DNA of 60,037 nt, the filler included, from Hausera hauseri (taxonomy: Eukaryota): the NCBI GenBank assembly GCA_046269625.1. It is 10 parts of 10 records of this genome, joined end to end, with 100 filler letters (N's around TTAATTAATTAA, not from the genome) between each part and the next. Parts side by side here need not be neighbours in the genome. Positions count along the whole stretch, not along the records: positions 11,155 to 16,476 come from JBJURY010279952.1; positions 16,577 to 23,338 come from JBJURY010068328.1; positions 23,439 to 29,260 come from JBJURY010183083.1; 7 more parts are not named here. The stretch is one strand, 5' to 3'. Below are positions 14,001 to 27,059 of the stretch, in pieces. How positions within the stretch are numbered: the stretch's first letter is position 1; every line of letters begins with the position of its first letter. The position numbers were made by a program, and so were the translations under genes. The notes beneath the pieces were generated by a model. The model did not search any database. It was not told the origin of the DNA and was given only the letters and a program-made list of their open reading frames with translations.

Positions 14001-15141
14001 CATTTTCTCTGGTGTAGGTGTTGTTTGCTAAATTAATTACTTCCAATTTTCTTCAGTTGTTGACAATTGTTGACAATTTCTAGTCATTCTTACTTACATA
14101 TATCAGTTCGGAACAATATTTACTAAATACATAAATTGCAATTAATGCCATAAAGTTAATATTTACAATTTTGGCAATAGCATGTGCCACTGTTTTCTGT
14201 ATTAATCGATATTGGCCTTTTACAACAATTATTGGCCTTTTACAACAACAGTATTTACAAATTTTGGACGTCTTTACATGTGAATATGTACAATTGTTTT
14301 ACTGACATTGATTAGCATTTTCGTCTGTTGTGTTGGACTGCCGAATGTCAAAAATAACAAAAGTGAAAATTTTGTGATTTACTGCCACGATAACAGCATT
14401 ATAAAAGCTACATCTGGTCTCGAATATGACTCACACGATTATTATTTGATTCTTTTGACGACTGCAAGTTATCTCAGAAAATTATCACTTGTAATAAAGT
14501 GAGCATACTTCCTTTTGTTTTATTTGTCTTGAATACCGTCATAATTATTAATTATAACCCTTTCTTCCTTTTATAAATCAGATATTCGTACATTGAATTT
14601 TGTTGTATTTTTGGTCCTTAATTACAGAGCCGTGGCCTTTGAAATTTAGCTTAGTGGCTACTAGCTCAAAATTAAAGCTTAAGAGGGGGTAGAAGAAAAT
14701 TGTGGCCTTTGGGCCATTATGGCATAACTAATACCTGAGTTTAGTGTCGAGATGATATAAGCGTGATATTTCAGATATTCTCTGAAATAATTTAAAAAGA
14801 GTTGAAATTTGATAATAGTAGAGGAATATTTATAAGCTTGGGCGACAGCAAATGCATTTTGACATTGGTTATATAGAAGTATTTATTTAACTGTGGCTGT
14901 GTGGCATCGCGCACAGTCTTGCATAAATATGTCACGACTGTGGATCATCATAGATCGAATTAACATATCTTTCAATATCTGCAAATACCGTTGGGCATTC
15001 GTTCTGTTATTTACCATCCAGAAGCAGTAGCGATCATCGACCAAAGTGATTAAAATGTTCATATACCATCAAGGCAAGTGAATATTTTATATTCTGTAAA
15101 GTATGGCACTCATGATAACTTGTCACAGACGTCTTCCAATG

Positions 15142-16476
15142 CAGTGGTTCTCAACTTTTTTGGGGTCGTGTTGCGTTTTTTGAGGGGTCACGAGGGATGA
15201 ACAAAATTTAGTATCATAGATCCAATTTGAAGAAACAACTGACTGGGATTTTTTCATAAATCAATAAGTAAATGTTGACATCCTTCTATTCCTACTTCAT
15301 GGATCGTCGAACACCCGTAAACGTAGTTACAACGAAGCATCTCTGGACTTTGGCTTCACTACTGACGATGGGAAACCTTAGTGTCATTTGTGACGCCGTT
15401 TTGTCGAAGGAGTCAATGAAGCAAAACAAGCTGAAGCGTTACTTTTAAACTCTGCACTCAGAGCTATCTACTAAGCCTCCTGATTTCTCCGCGGAAAAAC
15501 TTGAAGCACTGGAAATAAAGAAAAGTTTCATGAACAAATTTATAACTTCAAATGATGCTGCTGTTAAAGCCTCATACATTTACTGCTTTTCACATTGCCA
15601 GGAAGAAGAAAGCGCACACAATTGGTAAAGAGCTGCTGCTTCCAGTGATGAAAGAAGTCGTAAACATCATGTATGGTGAGAAAGAATAAAAAAACTGGAT
15701 TATCTATCATTGTGAATCGCCGACACTGTAAAACACCGTATTCAAGAGATGTCTCTTGACGTCCTTGCTCAAATCCTCGATAGAGTAAAAGGGTCGCCAT
15801 TTTTCGCTAGTCAACTAGATGAAAGTACTGATATCGGAAGTCAAGCTCAGCTTCTCGTTTACGTCCGCTATTTTTACGAATGCAGCTTTGAAGAAAATCT
15901 TGGAGATGGCACCAAATGCTGCTTGGACTCATTGTTTCATCTATCAAGAATCACTAGCTGCTAAAGAATTATCAGCAGATCTCTACAGTGCACTTACTGA
16001 CTGTATCGAAATTGTGAACTTTATCATAAGCCGTCCATTGGATCAACAATTGTTTGCTGTACTCTGCGAGGAAAGGGGGACCGAATACACCACCCTCTTA
16101 CTACATACTGAAGTCCGCTGGTTAATCGCATGTTTCAGTTTAGAAATGAAGTCCAGAGTATCTTGTGTGTTAGCAGTTACAGACACTCCCCTAACTTCTA
16201 AAATCGCATTTGCCTGGCAAAATTAGCTTACTAGTGCGACATATTTGAAAAGCTGAACTGTCTGACTTTATCTCTTCAAGGCCCTGAAAAAACAATTGTC
16301 GACATCTCATCATAGATTGCCGCCTTCTTGAAGAAAATCGAATTGTGGGAGCAGTTGGTCAACCATGGAGAATTCGTACAGTTTTCTATATTCGATAAAT
16401 TCACGAATGAAGAATCAGAGCTGCGCAGTGCAGTTTTCCATGCATCAGTATTCATCTTGCTGACCTTGTTGGCTGC
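15142..16476 (+). mobile_element. hAT Buster/Charlie-family transposon, 5' part, with transposase pseudogene (internally deleted, cut by contig end)
   Basis: Left end CAGTGGTTCTCAAC; motifs KKKAHTIGKELLLP, FASQLDESTD...QLLVYVRY, THCFIYQESLAAK, LLLHTEVRWL. Confidence 0.92.
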
Positions 16477-16576
16477 NNNNNNNNNNNNNNNNNNNNNNNN
16501 NNNNNNNNNNNNNNNNNNNNTTAATTAATTAANNNNNNNNNNNNNNNNNNNNNNNNNNNNNNNNNNNNNNNNNNNN

Positions 16577-19500
16577 GTTTAGCAGTTTGTAAGAGCCAAC
16601 GTATTGAGGCCGAAAACCAGACAGTGAATAATCCTTCAACCATGCAAACTTGGCTGAGTGTATATCCTCTGGAATATAATATTTATCTTTATTTATAAGA
16701 CGGCAAAAGGCGTTCGAGTTTACCTCTACAAAGTGGGACTGTGCTGCACGAATGACTTCATCTGATGCACTTTCATCCAGATTGGAGAGCTCAAATAGTT
16801 CACGAATTGGTGTCCCAAAGAGAGCTTTAGTCGTGGCACAACCAGTGGTAGTGGATGGCGTGTTGCGCCAACCAAGTAGAACAAGAGGAAGAATCGAGGT
16901 CCAATTACGATTGTTATTTGCCAAGATTTTTAAAGAAATCTTCATGGTACGGCGAAATTTCTCAAGAAGGCCATTTGTTTGGGGATGGTACGGCGCAGTA
17001 TGGACGTGGGCTATCCCCAAGTGCTTTACTAGAGATTTAAAGTGATCAGCTTCAAATTTCGGACCCTGGTCCGTTATGATGTGACGTGGTGAACCAAAAC
17101 GGCTGACCCCTATTTTGATGAATGCATCTGCTACTGAGTCAGTGTTGGTTGATCGAAGCGGAACGGCTTCAGGCCAGCGTGACGCACGATCCATCATGGA
17201 TAAGATGTGTTAATAGCCGTTGTCGGATGGCAAAGGACCGACAAGATCCAAATGCACAGTGTCAAGACGGGACGTACAAGAGAAGTGGTAAAGTCGTGGT
17301 TTTAGGTGTTTGTGAACCTTGTATTGCTGGCATGCTGCACATTCCTTGACCCAGATCTGTACATCTGTACCCATGTTCGGCCATACAATGTGGCGTTGCA
17401 GTAAGTGAAATGTGATTTTTGAAGCCGGGTGATGAAGAGAGTGAAAGTGATTGAAAGCTGTCTTTTGTTGCGATGGAGCAAGAATGATCTTCTTGTTGGT
17501 CGTGTTGGAAGTGTTATAAGCGATGCCATCGATGATTTCAACAGATTTAAAAGCTTGAAGAATGTCAGATGATGGCTAATTGCTTTGCAAGACCTCACAG
17601 GAGAAAATTGGCTGAACTGTAATTAAGTTAACCGACCTCGAAAGAAAATCCGCCACTAAATTTTCGGTGCCAGAAATATATTTTATGAAAAAACTAAACG
17701 TCGACAGGTATGATATCTGTCGTTCTTGTCTGGATGATGGCTGTTTCAAAGTTATTATTTGAAGTAGAGGCTTGTGGTATGCTTGGATGGTAAATTGACG
17801 TGAAAGAAGCAAGTGCTTGAAATGCTTTACCGCTAGAACTACAGCCAATTGTTCACGGTCGAATGTTGAGTATCGACTTTCCGGTTGCGTGAGTTTTCGA
17901 GAATAAAACTCTAATGGTTCATCGACCACAGCTGTGGTTGAGGCATCGGTTGTTAATATTAGTTCAGCGTTTAGCTTTATAAAGCCAAGATTTCCACAGT
18001 TTTCAAACCTTCACGAATGCAATCAAATCGGTTTACTAGATCAGGAGTCAAATGGATTAATTGTCTTTTCTTTCCAGATGAGAGGTGTGCAAACAGTGCC
18101 GTTAGTTCGGAGCAGTGTGGGACGTATTTGTGTACGAAATGCAATGTACCTAGAAAACTCCTCATATCTTTAGTTGTAGTTGGCAACGTTACATTTTTTA
18201 ATTGTTGTAAGCGATCAGGCTGGTGCGAATGCCCTTTGGGAGTAATTATGTGGCCTAGGAAGTTTACGCGTTTTTGGAAGAAATTGCATTTGGCGAAATT
18301 AATTTGCAGGTTACTTTATGCAATCTGTAAAAGTAATTTTAAGATGCTGATGCTGTTGTTTCATGGAGCTGGAAGCGACTAATATGTCATCCATGTATGG
18401 TGAGCAAAATCAAGCCCAGAAAGAACGGTGTCAATGTGGCGCTTAAAGGTCTGAGATGCTCTACGTAGGCCTAAAGGCATGAAGATGTATTCATAAAGAC
18501 CAAACAGTGTGATGACAGCAGTTTTAGGAATGTCATCAGGTGCAACAGGGATTTGATGGTAGGCCTTTTGCAGATCAATGGTAGAATAGGTATTGGTGTA
18601 GCTGAGGCTATGAAGAATATCCTTGATGAGTGGTAGTGGATAGGCATCTGTAATACTTAGATTATTTAATTGTCGATAGTCGCTACATGGCCTATAGTTT
18701 CTATCTTTCTTTACCACTGCATGAAGAGGCGAGGCCCATGGAGAATTCGATCTCCGAACGATGCCAGACCTTTCCAGTTCATTAAACTCCTGCTCTACAG
18801 CTTTACGTCTGCGTGGCGACAAAGATCTGACCTTCCGTTTGATAGGCCTCTGATGTTCTGTTACTATATGATGATAAATTGAGGATGAGCACTTAAAGTT
18901 GATGTCTCTTTTAACTACTCGAAAGCATGATGTTGTGATATATGATCTAAGATGGGAATCTAAAGATAAGAATGATTGAGGCGTATAATTAGAAAGAACA
19001 GCAGCAGTGACTGAAAAGAGGCAACTGGCATCGCTGCTGTCGACACCTAATTTAGATTTCTGTTTCAGAATAGATATAGGATTGTCGTTCATAATTAAAG
19101 GTGTACTAACTTTATCGGAAGTTTTTTAATAGATAACGAAACGTTCAACATGTTTTCAGATGAGTGCAATGAATTGCTTGCTGGATTGTCTTCGAGACAT
19201 ATGTTTGAAGTTGAAATCGAGTTTCTGCTGAGAAGACAGCTGTATTTGCAATCTACCAATATATCATGTGCGGCAAGGAAATCTGAGCCTATTATGGGAG
19301 ATTTAATATTGACCACGTGGAACTTCCAGACAAACTTATCTGGCAAGTTTGCGAATGTAAAAGTCAATTCCGTGGTTCCTGCAACGTACAACGGTTGTCC
19401 ACTGGCCGTGAAAAGTGGAGGACAAGAAGTTATAGTGCATGTAGAGGTGAAAGGCAATGGAAGGAGTGAAAAAGCAGCTCCTAAGTCTATAAGAAAGTCG

Positions 19501-20936
19501 ATATGTGAAGTATAACTGCATAACAGTGCAGTCTTCAACAGAAAGACTGCAGAGGCGGTGTTGAAACGGTCAGAAGATTGAGCGATATTGCCTGCGCCAA
19601 AATGTGCCGTAAAATCTGGCGGAACCATTAGTTTTTTGGAGGATTTGGAGGAAAGGAAGAAGAGAGAGAAAAGCGAGGAGATTTTTCGTTGTAATGTTTA
19701 CAACCAGGTACACATGATCTGGCTTGTGACTGATATTAGTTGTGGTATATACAAACAGGGTTGTTTACAGCGTATCGATCACTGTAGAATCGACAGCCCA
19801 AAAAACATTTCCGCGCTTCCTTTCGAAAACTCGTGTGGTAAAAACAAGTCATACGATCGCCAGGTGAAATGGACCGAGAAGAGTGCCTTGAAATGCTTCA
19901 CTCTATTGAAGGTCTGGTTTCACTTAGTCGAGGCCCATTAAGATTGTTCAGTTGGGTAATAATGGCTAAAATCGATTGCTGCAGCTTGTCAAACTGTTGC
20001 TGCATCATTTGTAATTGTTGAGTAACAAACGCGGTATCTAAAGTTGAAGCACATGCTGTTGCAGCCGCAATTGGGAGAGAGCTGTTGGTGTGAAGAATCT
20101 TAAAGGATTTGTCAGCCATTATTGCTAGTTTTTCGATAGCAGTGGACTCGTCGACAACGGTGAGTAAGGCTCTGATTGAGATGGGCAAAGACGATAAGAA
20201 ATAACGGCGAATTAAATCCGTGTTATTCGTAAGTGTCACTCTAAGCGCGCTGAGCTGCAAAACGTCCATTTGAAGGAAGTCGGATGGCTTTTGGCTTCCT
20301 ATCGTACCTTTGTATTATTTTGGCAATCAAACGATCCGTGACATGCAGTACAGCTTCACATATTGTCTCGTAAGGTGTTGAGGATTGTAGCAGCTCGGAG
20401 ATATTATTAATCTGCTGCTTGATGTTGGCAGGCAGAAGAATTAAAAGGTTATTGGCTCTCACAAAAGAATCTGTGATGTTGTTGGATTTTAGCCACTGTT
20501 GGTGAAATTGGAGCCATGGTTTGCTGGAGTTATTTTTATCAAGGAAAAACTCCACACAAGGCTAACTTAGCGAAACTCGAGCCTGTTGGGAGTGGCAAAC
20601 AATAGATGTTGCATGTATTCGTGGATTTATCATCCGAACAGGATGGATTTGGATCCCATCCATCCCGAAGGCGAAAATGGAGCATAAGGTGGATGACTGG
20701 ACGTTTGTGGCATACGAAAGACAAGAGGGAGTTTGAAGGATGTATTATAAGCCCTTGATGTGTCAAATAGAAATCCGAAGTGTTATATGATGAGGACAGA
20801 GCGTTATATAAGAGTTTTGCTGTCTCGTTGAGTGAAGCTTTTATGGTTCTTGTATATAGGTTGTTGTGAAAAATACAAAGGGAAAGAAAAGGTAATGTAG
20901 TTCCGGGGGAGGTTTTGAGCCCGCCGGCGGTGGACA
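16577..20936 (-). mobile_element. Ty3/Gypsy retrotransposon A (gag-PR-RT-RH-IN), decayed, 3' end cut by contig end
   Basis: Gag with KP-, LAIMAD and two CxYH/C knuckle remnants; PR FLIDLGA; RT SPWASPLH, DYRQLN, IDLQKAYHQIP, frameshifted YMDD; RH FYSRKL...YSTFDRE; IN DRASRWPEA, ITDQG, YHPQTNG. Confidence 0.95.
19595..19637 (-). promoter_or_regulatory. Putative -1 ribosomal frameshift signal at the gag/pol junction of Gypsy A
   Basis: Slippery heptamer A AAA AAC directly before TAA, followed by a CGCCAGA/TTTGGCG stem. Confidence 0.6.
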
Positions 20937-20939
20937 AAC

Positions 20940-21879
20940 TCTTGCTCGCATCCTTTATGTAAAACAAAGCGGATTTGTAATCTTCCTCTAAGAGAACTAA
21001 GATGCTCTTAAAACTAACTGGAGTGGAAACGCCAACTGTAAACTCTTTTTTCCACTTAGAAATCGGAATACAATCTTGTGGAAGTTTGGGTTCGCTAAGA
21101 TAAGGTTCGGCTAATAATAAATCTAAACGAAGTACTTGTGTATAGTGTGGTGTAATTCCATTCGGCAGATTTATGGTCTTAGCACAAGTTAAGGGTGACT
21201 TAATTAATTCAGTCAGATACCTTTGCGCAACTATAGTAGGCCGTGGTACATCAGATTTGTATTATTTTTGTCCATTTGTCTACAATAATCGAAATTACGT
21301 TTGAGGAGTAATAACAACACGTAGTGGAATATCCTTAATTGGTCTACTTCTTACTTTAAGAATTGTCAATAATGTTCTCTCGTAGTCAGCGTTTATTAAA
21401 CGAATAAAATTATTCAGATAATCGAGGAAACCGAATTTTCTGTCATCCAAATATATCTGGAAAAATTGTAGCAAATCATCGTTTGTCGTATTTCTAGGAA
21501 TGTTAGTTATTTCTACGTAATAAGCTCGAATATATGGTGATAAATTTATAAACGCAACGTTATCTTGGGACGTCACCTTTCCATACTCATCGGGTACGTC
21601 AAAAAGGTCAGAAACAGATATAAACTCCATAATTAAACTAACACTTTTAAGCAACCTAGAATTTGAATATAAAGCAACAAATACTCTATCCTTATGTACT
21701 AATTGCGCATAGACATAATCACTTGGACGCTTTACTTCATCATGTTCAATTCTTATTCTGCTCTTTGGTTGCATATAAACTGCTTCAAAATTTTCAAAAA
21801 TTGTATAAAGCGTAATTAACGACAATGGCAATGTTAAAATTATAAAGCCACTTACATTCGTCGAGAGGATTCCAACCAA
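20940..21879 (-). pseudogene. Unknown protein-coding remnant with an RRM-like segment, interrupted by Gypsy A
   Basis: 194-aa ORF containing VEITNIPRNTTNDDLLQFF (RNP2/helix A pattern); the frame continues through stops to the element junction. Confidence 0.4.
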
Positions 21880-22789
21880 ACAGGCCCTTCGGTATAATTA
21901 TGACTGACCCAGAATTAGTGCTGGTTTCTTTCTTTTATCAGAACGAATGTCGCTGATGGAAGAGGTTGCCTGAGAGAAAGACGAATGATTTTCGGTACCA
22001 TTTAATCTGACGACAGTTGATTGAGAATTTAATATCCTTAAGGTATCTCTTTTGCAAGATATTTCTTCATCTTTATCATAATCCATTAACTCCCTATACA
22101 AATCCAATTTAAGATTTTCGACATCCTTTTTAAATGAGTGAGGTGTCTTTAGAACTTCTCAACCATGCGTTAAGGTTCGACAACAGAGAAATGTTAGTTG
22201 TTATATTATCGGCTTCATCAGTGACGACAGTCTGTCGATCATCATCAAAATTGCAGGAAATGGCAAGATTCCGTGTAACATTTAACAGGACCTCAACATG
22301 GCAGTTCGGCCGTATGGTGGCCAATAACAAAAGTCTCATCAACATTAATTCATTGAATTTGATGAAAAAATTCATTTACAGTAAATTAATTCGAGTCATT
22401 CTGTATTCAGTAGATTTTGTAATACCGATTTTCTTTTGCACTTCTGAGTACAATTCACGTGGTCCGTTTAAATAGGACAGAAATGACGAAATGGATCTGG
22501 AAAAATACTGGATAATTTTGTTTAATGTCAAACAATGTAATATAATACAACGTTGCATAACATTCCATCTGTGCGGGGTTATGGTTTTATGTATATCTGT
22601 ACATAGACACGTTACATAATGTGTTGCGTAATATTCGGTCAAAAAACAAACAATTCCGGATAAGAACTCGCAAACAATTGTCCTGTTTTTGCTCATAATT
22701 CCAAACTCAGATGTACCGATCTTTTTCACAATCACCACGATTTTATCTTTAACGTTGATGTTTGTTCGTCAATCAAGAATTCTCTTGAC

Positions 22790-23338
22790 GAATTCTTAGA
22801 AACAATATTTGCTTCATCAGCGTTCATGGACAATTCCTGCAATTTTTTATGTATAGTTCAGTAAAAATGTACACATTTGATAAATGTGTACGAAGTTTCA
22901 AAGTTGATAACCATTCATCATAAAGTCGTTGACAATTTTTTGTTCTGTTGTAGGACTGTCAGAGACTTTTGTTTGCTATCCTTTTTTAACGTGCCAGAGA
23001 GCGCTGATTGGTTAACTGAACTAGACCGAATCTTCTTGGAGATAATCTGAATTTTTGCTGCAGTCCTATATTCTGCTAGAAACGTCGTCATCAGAGGACC
23101 GATATTTATAACTGGGTGATGCGATAGAAAAAACACGAAATTCTGATTTCCCAATGGAGAAATAATTGTCTGAAGGCTATAACCAGTAATGCACATGCTA
23201 AGTAATTCACGAATATAGGAAGCCATTATTCGTAGCTTTTCAAAATTTATTAGACCGTCATTGAGAACTGTTTTATTACCCAAATGCATAGCAGCAAGAT
23301 CTTTTGAATGTATTGCCAAACATGGGATCAACGGAGGT
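22790..23338 (-). pseudogene. RasGEF (CDC25) domain C-terminus, Rap/PDZ-GEF-like, partial
   Basis: PPLIPCLAIHSKDLAAMHLGN...DGLINFEKLRIMA matches the RapGEF pattern PPxIP...KDL...H.GN...GL.NFEKLR; downstream KLQELS; stops present. Confidence 0.8.
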
Positions 23339-24188
23339 NNNNNNNNNNNNNNNNNNNNNNNNNNNNNNNNNNNNNNNNNNNNTTAATTAATTAANNNNNN
23401 NNNNNNNNNNNNNNNNNNNNNNNNNNNNNNNNNNNNNNCAGATCAGAGTAAGTAAAGTATAAGTTTAAATTAATAAAACCAAAATCTCTTTATTTTTCTA
23501 AACTTATCACATGTAGAAAATTAAAAATACTTGTATTGATAACAATTAAGACGAAAATGTTGAACGAACAATTCTCTTTAGATTAATACATTTAACATAC
23601 GATCAACTAAAATACACAATTTTATACAAATTAAAATACATTAGTTTTAAAAGAACATTTATGAAATCTCTGGTAGTATAACAGTAGTAACGTTTCAAAT
23701 ATAATTTCCTAGACATTTTAAATTCTTACTTAAAATTTACTTGAATTTAAATCCAATTTTCATTCTAAAAGATTGTTAAATTATACGGTAGTAGCATAAA
23801 CAAATAGAACAAACTGACGGACACTATGTTCAGACAGTTCAATTTGTAAAATAAACAGAAATCAGTTGAAGGCAATACAACTTACAAAATAAACATTCTC
23901 GATAAATGATTGGAATAATCTTTTCTACGAAATAAACTTTCTACGTGTAATTCAAATTACTGTGCAATTTAAATTACATTTTCGCTGATGGCTATTTGCA
24001 AATCAAATTAAATTTTATTTTTCTTTTAAACAATGGAATGGAGTTGTAATTATTTAATAATTAGAATAATGTAATTTTATTTATCATGGAAACTTTTGTG
24101 ATTTCGAAATGGTATAAATACTAGTTGTATTTCGACTATATTTTTAGAAACAAAACTTCTGATTATGAGTCTACCTACTAGAAACGTA

Positions 24189-24541
24189 TGTTATGATGGA
24201 TGTGAGTCTTATTTTATTTTGATTTTTCTTAAATTATTGGTTTAATTAAATATTTATATTTTTATTTCCTTTTTGTTTTGATAGTTACACGTCAGACATT
24301 AGTTGTTAAATAATTACCTATTGTAATAGGAAAAATAAATATAATATAAAGGGCACGATTTTGGTATCCCGTTCAATAAGGTTCGGTTGTTAAAATACGT
24401 AAATAAGGAGATTGTCGATAGTGTACCTCCTAGCTATCGAATCACACCTTAAAGTTAAATAATAATTAAGTAAGAATAACAACCCACAGGTTGCTACCTG
24501 ACTAATAAGTATAAGTTAACTTCGATCCTTTGAACTTAACA
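24189..24541 (+). repeat. 5' LTR of retroelement B (353 bp)
   Basis: TGTTA...TAACA inverted termini, internal AATAAA, immediately followed by a PBS; the start coordinate is inferred. Confidence 0.65.
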
Positions 24542-24542
24542 T

Positions 24543-24560
24543 TGGTGTCCCGAGTGAGGA
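24543..24560 (+). promoter_or_regulatory. Primer binding site, resembling the complement of the elongator tRNA-Met 3' end
   Basis: TGGTGTCCCGAGTGAGGA versus TGGTGCCCCGTGTGAGGA (recalled tRNA sequence), 1 nt after the LTR CA end. Confidence 0.75.
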
Positions 24561-24691
24561 GGCACACTGGCGTCGTATTACTAACGAAATAAGCGTAAAG
24601 TACACGTTAATAACATAATCAAAACTACAGATTCGGCGAGAGGCTTATCCAGTTCTGAAACAGAAAACCTTCAGACAGAAGACGATCCCAA

Positions 24692-25480
24692 ATGTCTAGT
24701 TCTGGAATAGGTGCAAGCTTAGGTAGCAACCTGAGTGGCTCAATGGTTCCGCCGATGGAGAAGCTCAAAGGCAAACCAAATCGGGACTACAGTGAGTTCC
24801 TGATGCAATACCAAATGTATTCAGAAAGCTTCGGATGGACAGACGAGCTCAGCATAAAACGCCTTCCATTTCATCACAAAGGTATAGCACTCAGTGCTTA
24901 TACCCAAGTTACAGATGAGGATAATGCTCATTGGGCTAGCCTTAAGGACTCCCTGGAAGAAAGGTTCTTAGTAGACCCGTCAAGAAAGAGTCGAATTACA
25001 GAATTCAACAATAGACGTCAGAGAAAAGGCGAAACCGTGCAAGAGTATGCATGTGACCGTCAGAAGTTGGCTCAGATAGCCTACGCAGATGAAGATATAA
25101 GAGAAGATGCCCTTCTACCTCAGTTCTGTAATGAAGTAACAAGAGAAAATCAGAATTATTATCGTTGCTGATCCTGACACGTATAAAGAAGCTGTCAGCA
25201 AAGCCAGGAAAATTGAAGTCAATTATGAAAGATTGGAGAATTTAAAGAAACTTCCTAAAACGATAAAAAGAAAGTGAAAATTTTTCAACAGAAGAAAAAT
25301 TTTCAAAAGCCGTGTCAGAAATTCGAGAATCAGACAGAGCAACAGAAGGTTGCCTTTCAGAAACAACCTCAAAAGTCTGCGATGGAGAAACCGATAGTCA
25401 ACCAGGATGGACAACCATTGTATGTCGCCTGTCAGATGTACGGACATATAACCTGTTCGTGTCCCAGTCAAGGACAGTCA
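24692..25480 (+). pseudogene. Ty3/Gypsy-type Gag (capsid plus degenerate zinc knuckle) of element B
   Basis: W.SLK..L.ERF, RRQRKGETVQEYA (major-homology-like region), QFC; knuckle YVACQMYGHITCSCP; frameshifted. Confidence 0.9.
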
Positions 25481-27050
25481 AACTCAAAGAAAAAGAATGA
25501 TATAATTGGTAATATATCTGATACGGATAATGAGCATGAAATTACAGACACAGAACCTGAAAACACAATAGAAAAGCTCCAACAAAAGATTAGAGCTAAG
25601 TTGAAAGGAAGTAAAACTGATATGGTAGATGATGAATATAAAGTAGCTGAATTAAGGCAGCTATATTTAGAATTAAAAGAGCAGCAAATTTGTGAAAAAA
25701 TACAAAATAATGAACGAAATTTCAATTATTGATCCAATAGGTAAGCCTAAAAAGAACCCTGCATCAGAATCAGATAATAAAATGAAAAAAGGTTGAGAGA
25801 GAAGATAAACTCTTGATGCAAGAAGAGGATTTGAAGACTCCTGAATCAGATTCATCCTCAGGTAGTGAAAAAAGTGATCAAAATGAAAAGATAGAGTAAG
25901 AAAAAGGAAAGTGAAGGAACTACAACAACAGTTCGAAACTTCACCTGTAGATTTGGATCAAGACGGTACAGAAATAGTTCGAAAAATATCAAGTTATGAC
26001 AATCAAGAATTAATTGATGGTACCAATTCAGAGAAGACCTTTCAATGTTGTTATCACCTACGACTAATCATCAACAGTTTGCTAATTTACTAGATCTACT
26101 GTTAGTATATGCTGATAACAGTCCACATCAAAATCCTGTACGACATATAATTAATCGATATGCAGGCAGAATAAGGACGGTCGGAGAAAACCCAGAAGTT
26201 ATGGTTACTCTCCAACAATGTCCTAAGGATGAAGTCGTTGGACACAGTAGCTCTATTGAAACAGGATTAATGAAATAGCTCAGCCTCGAATAGAGTTAGA
26301 GTTACGCTTTTATGGTCGAACCTTGTTGGATCACAAAACCATATACGAAATGGATATGTTGGAAAATAGATATAATCCTGTTTGTATCTTTTAAACAAAC
26401 TGAGAAAAAAATAATTGATGAAATTATTACTAACAATTGACAGAGATGCAAGAAACTGAACCACATCATGAGGTTCAAGACCGGAATTGAACCAAATATC
26501 CATATTCAAACAGATTCACACCGATAAAAGAAATTATGGTAGACCCTAAGGAACGACGAAACTTTATCAATTAAAATGCAGAAAAGCAAAGGATGATATT
26601 CGAAGATTACTAACAATTGAAGAAGAGCATGATGCAGATAATGTTTCGTCGGCAACATTACTGCAAACCTTAATAGCAAGAATGGGAAATGCATTTGTCG
26701 AGCTTAATACGAACTTACAGATACCTGATTCATTAATGCAGACTATCAGAAACGAAATAGCAAAAATTAGTGAGCAATTTGCAGATATTCCTACAGATGA
26801 GAGAATAAACGAGATACGAAATATACTCTCCAGAATGATAGGAACAGATATATCCAAAAATATCTCCTATATAAAATAATGTTGATGAACAGTATCAATC
26901 TAAATCAGAAAGAGAAAGAAACAGAAGTTGCCACAAGCGCACTGAAAGCTAATGTAGAAGGGCGGGTAAAGAGTAGAGGTGGATACAAGAATCAGACCTG
27001 TTAGACAACAAACAGAAAACCCTCCTCTACAACAAGACAGCAGTATCAAC
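25480..27050 (+). pseudogene. Uncharacterised ~1.5-kb coding tract between gag and env (coiled-coil/acidic, then globular)
   Basis: Chain of broken plus-strand ORFs (25274-25732, 25911-26278, 26682-26879); no PR/RT/RH/IN motifs. Confidence 0.5.
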
Positions 27051-27059
27051 AGTCAGATC

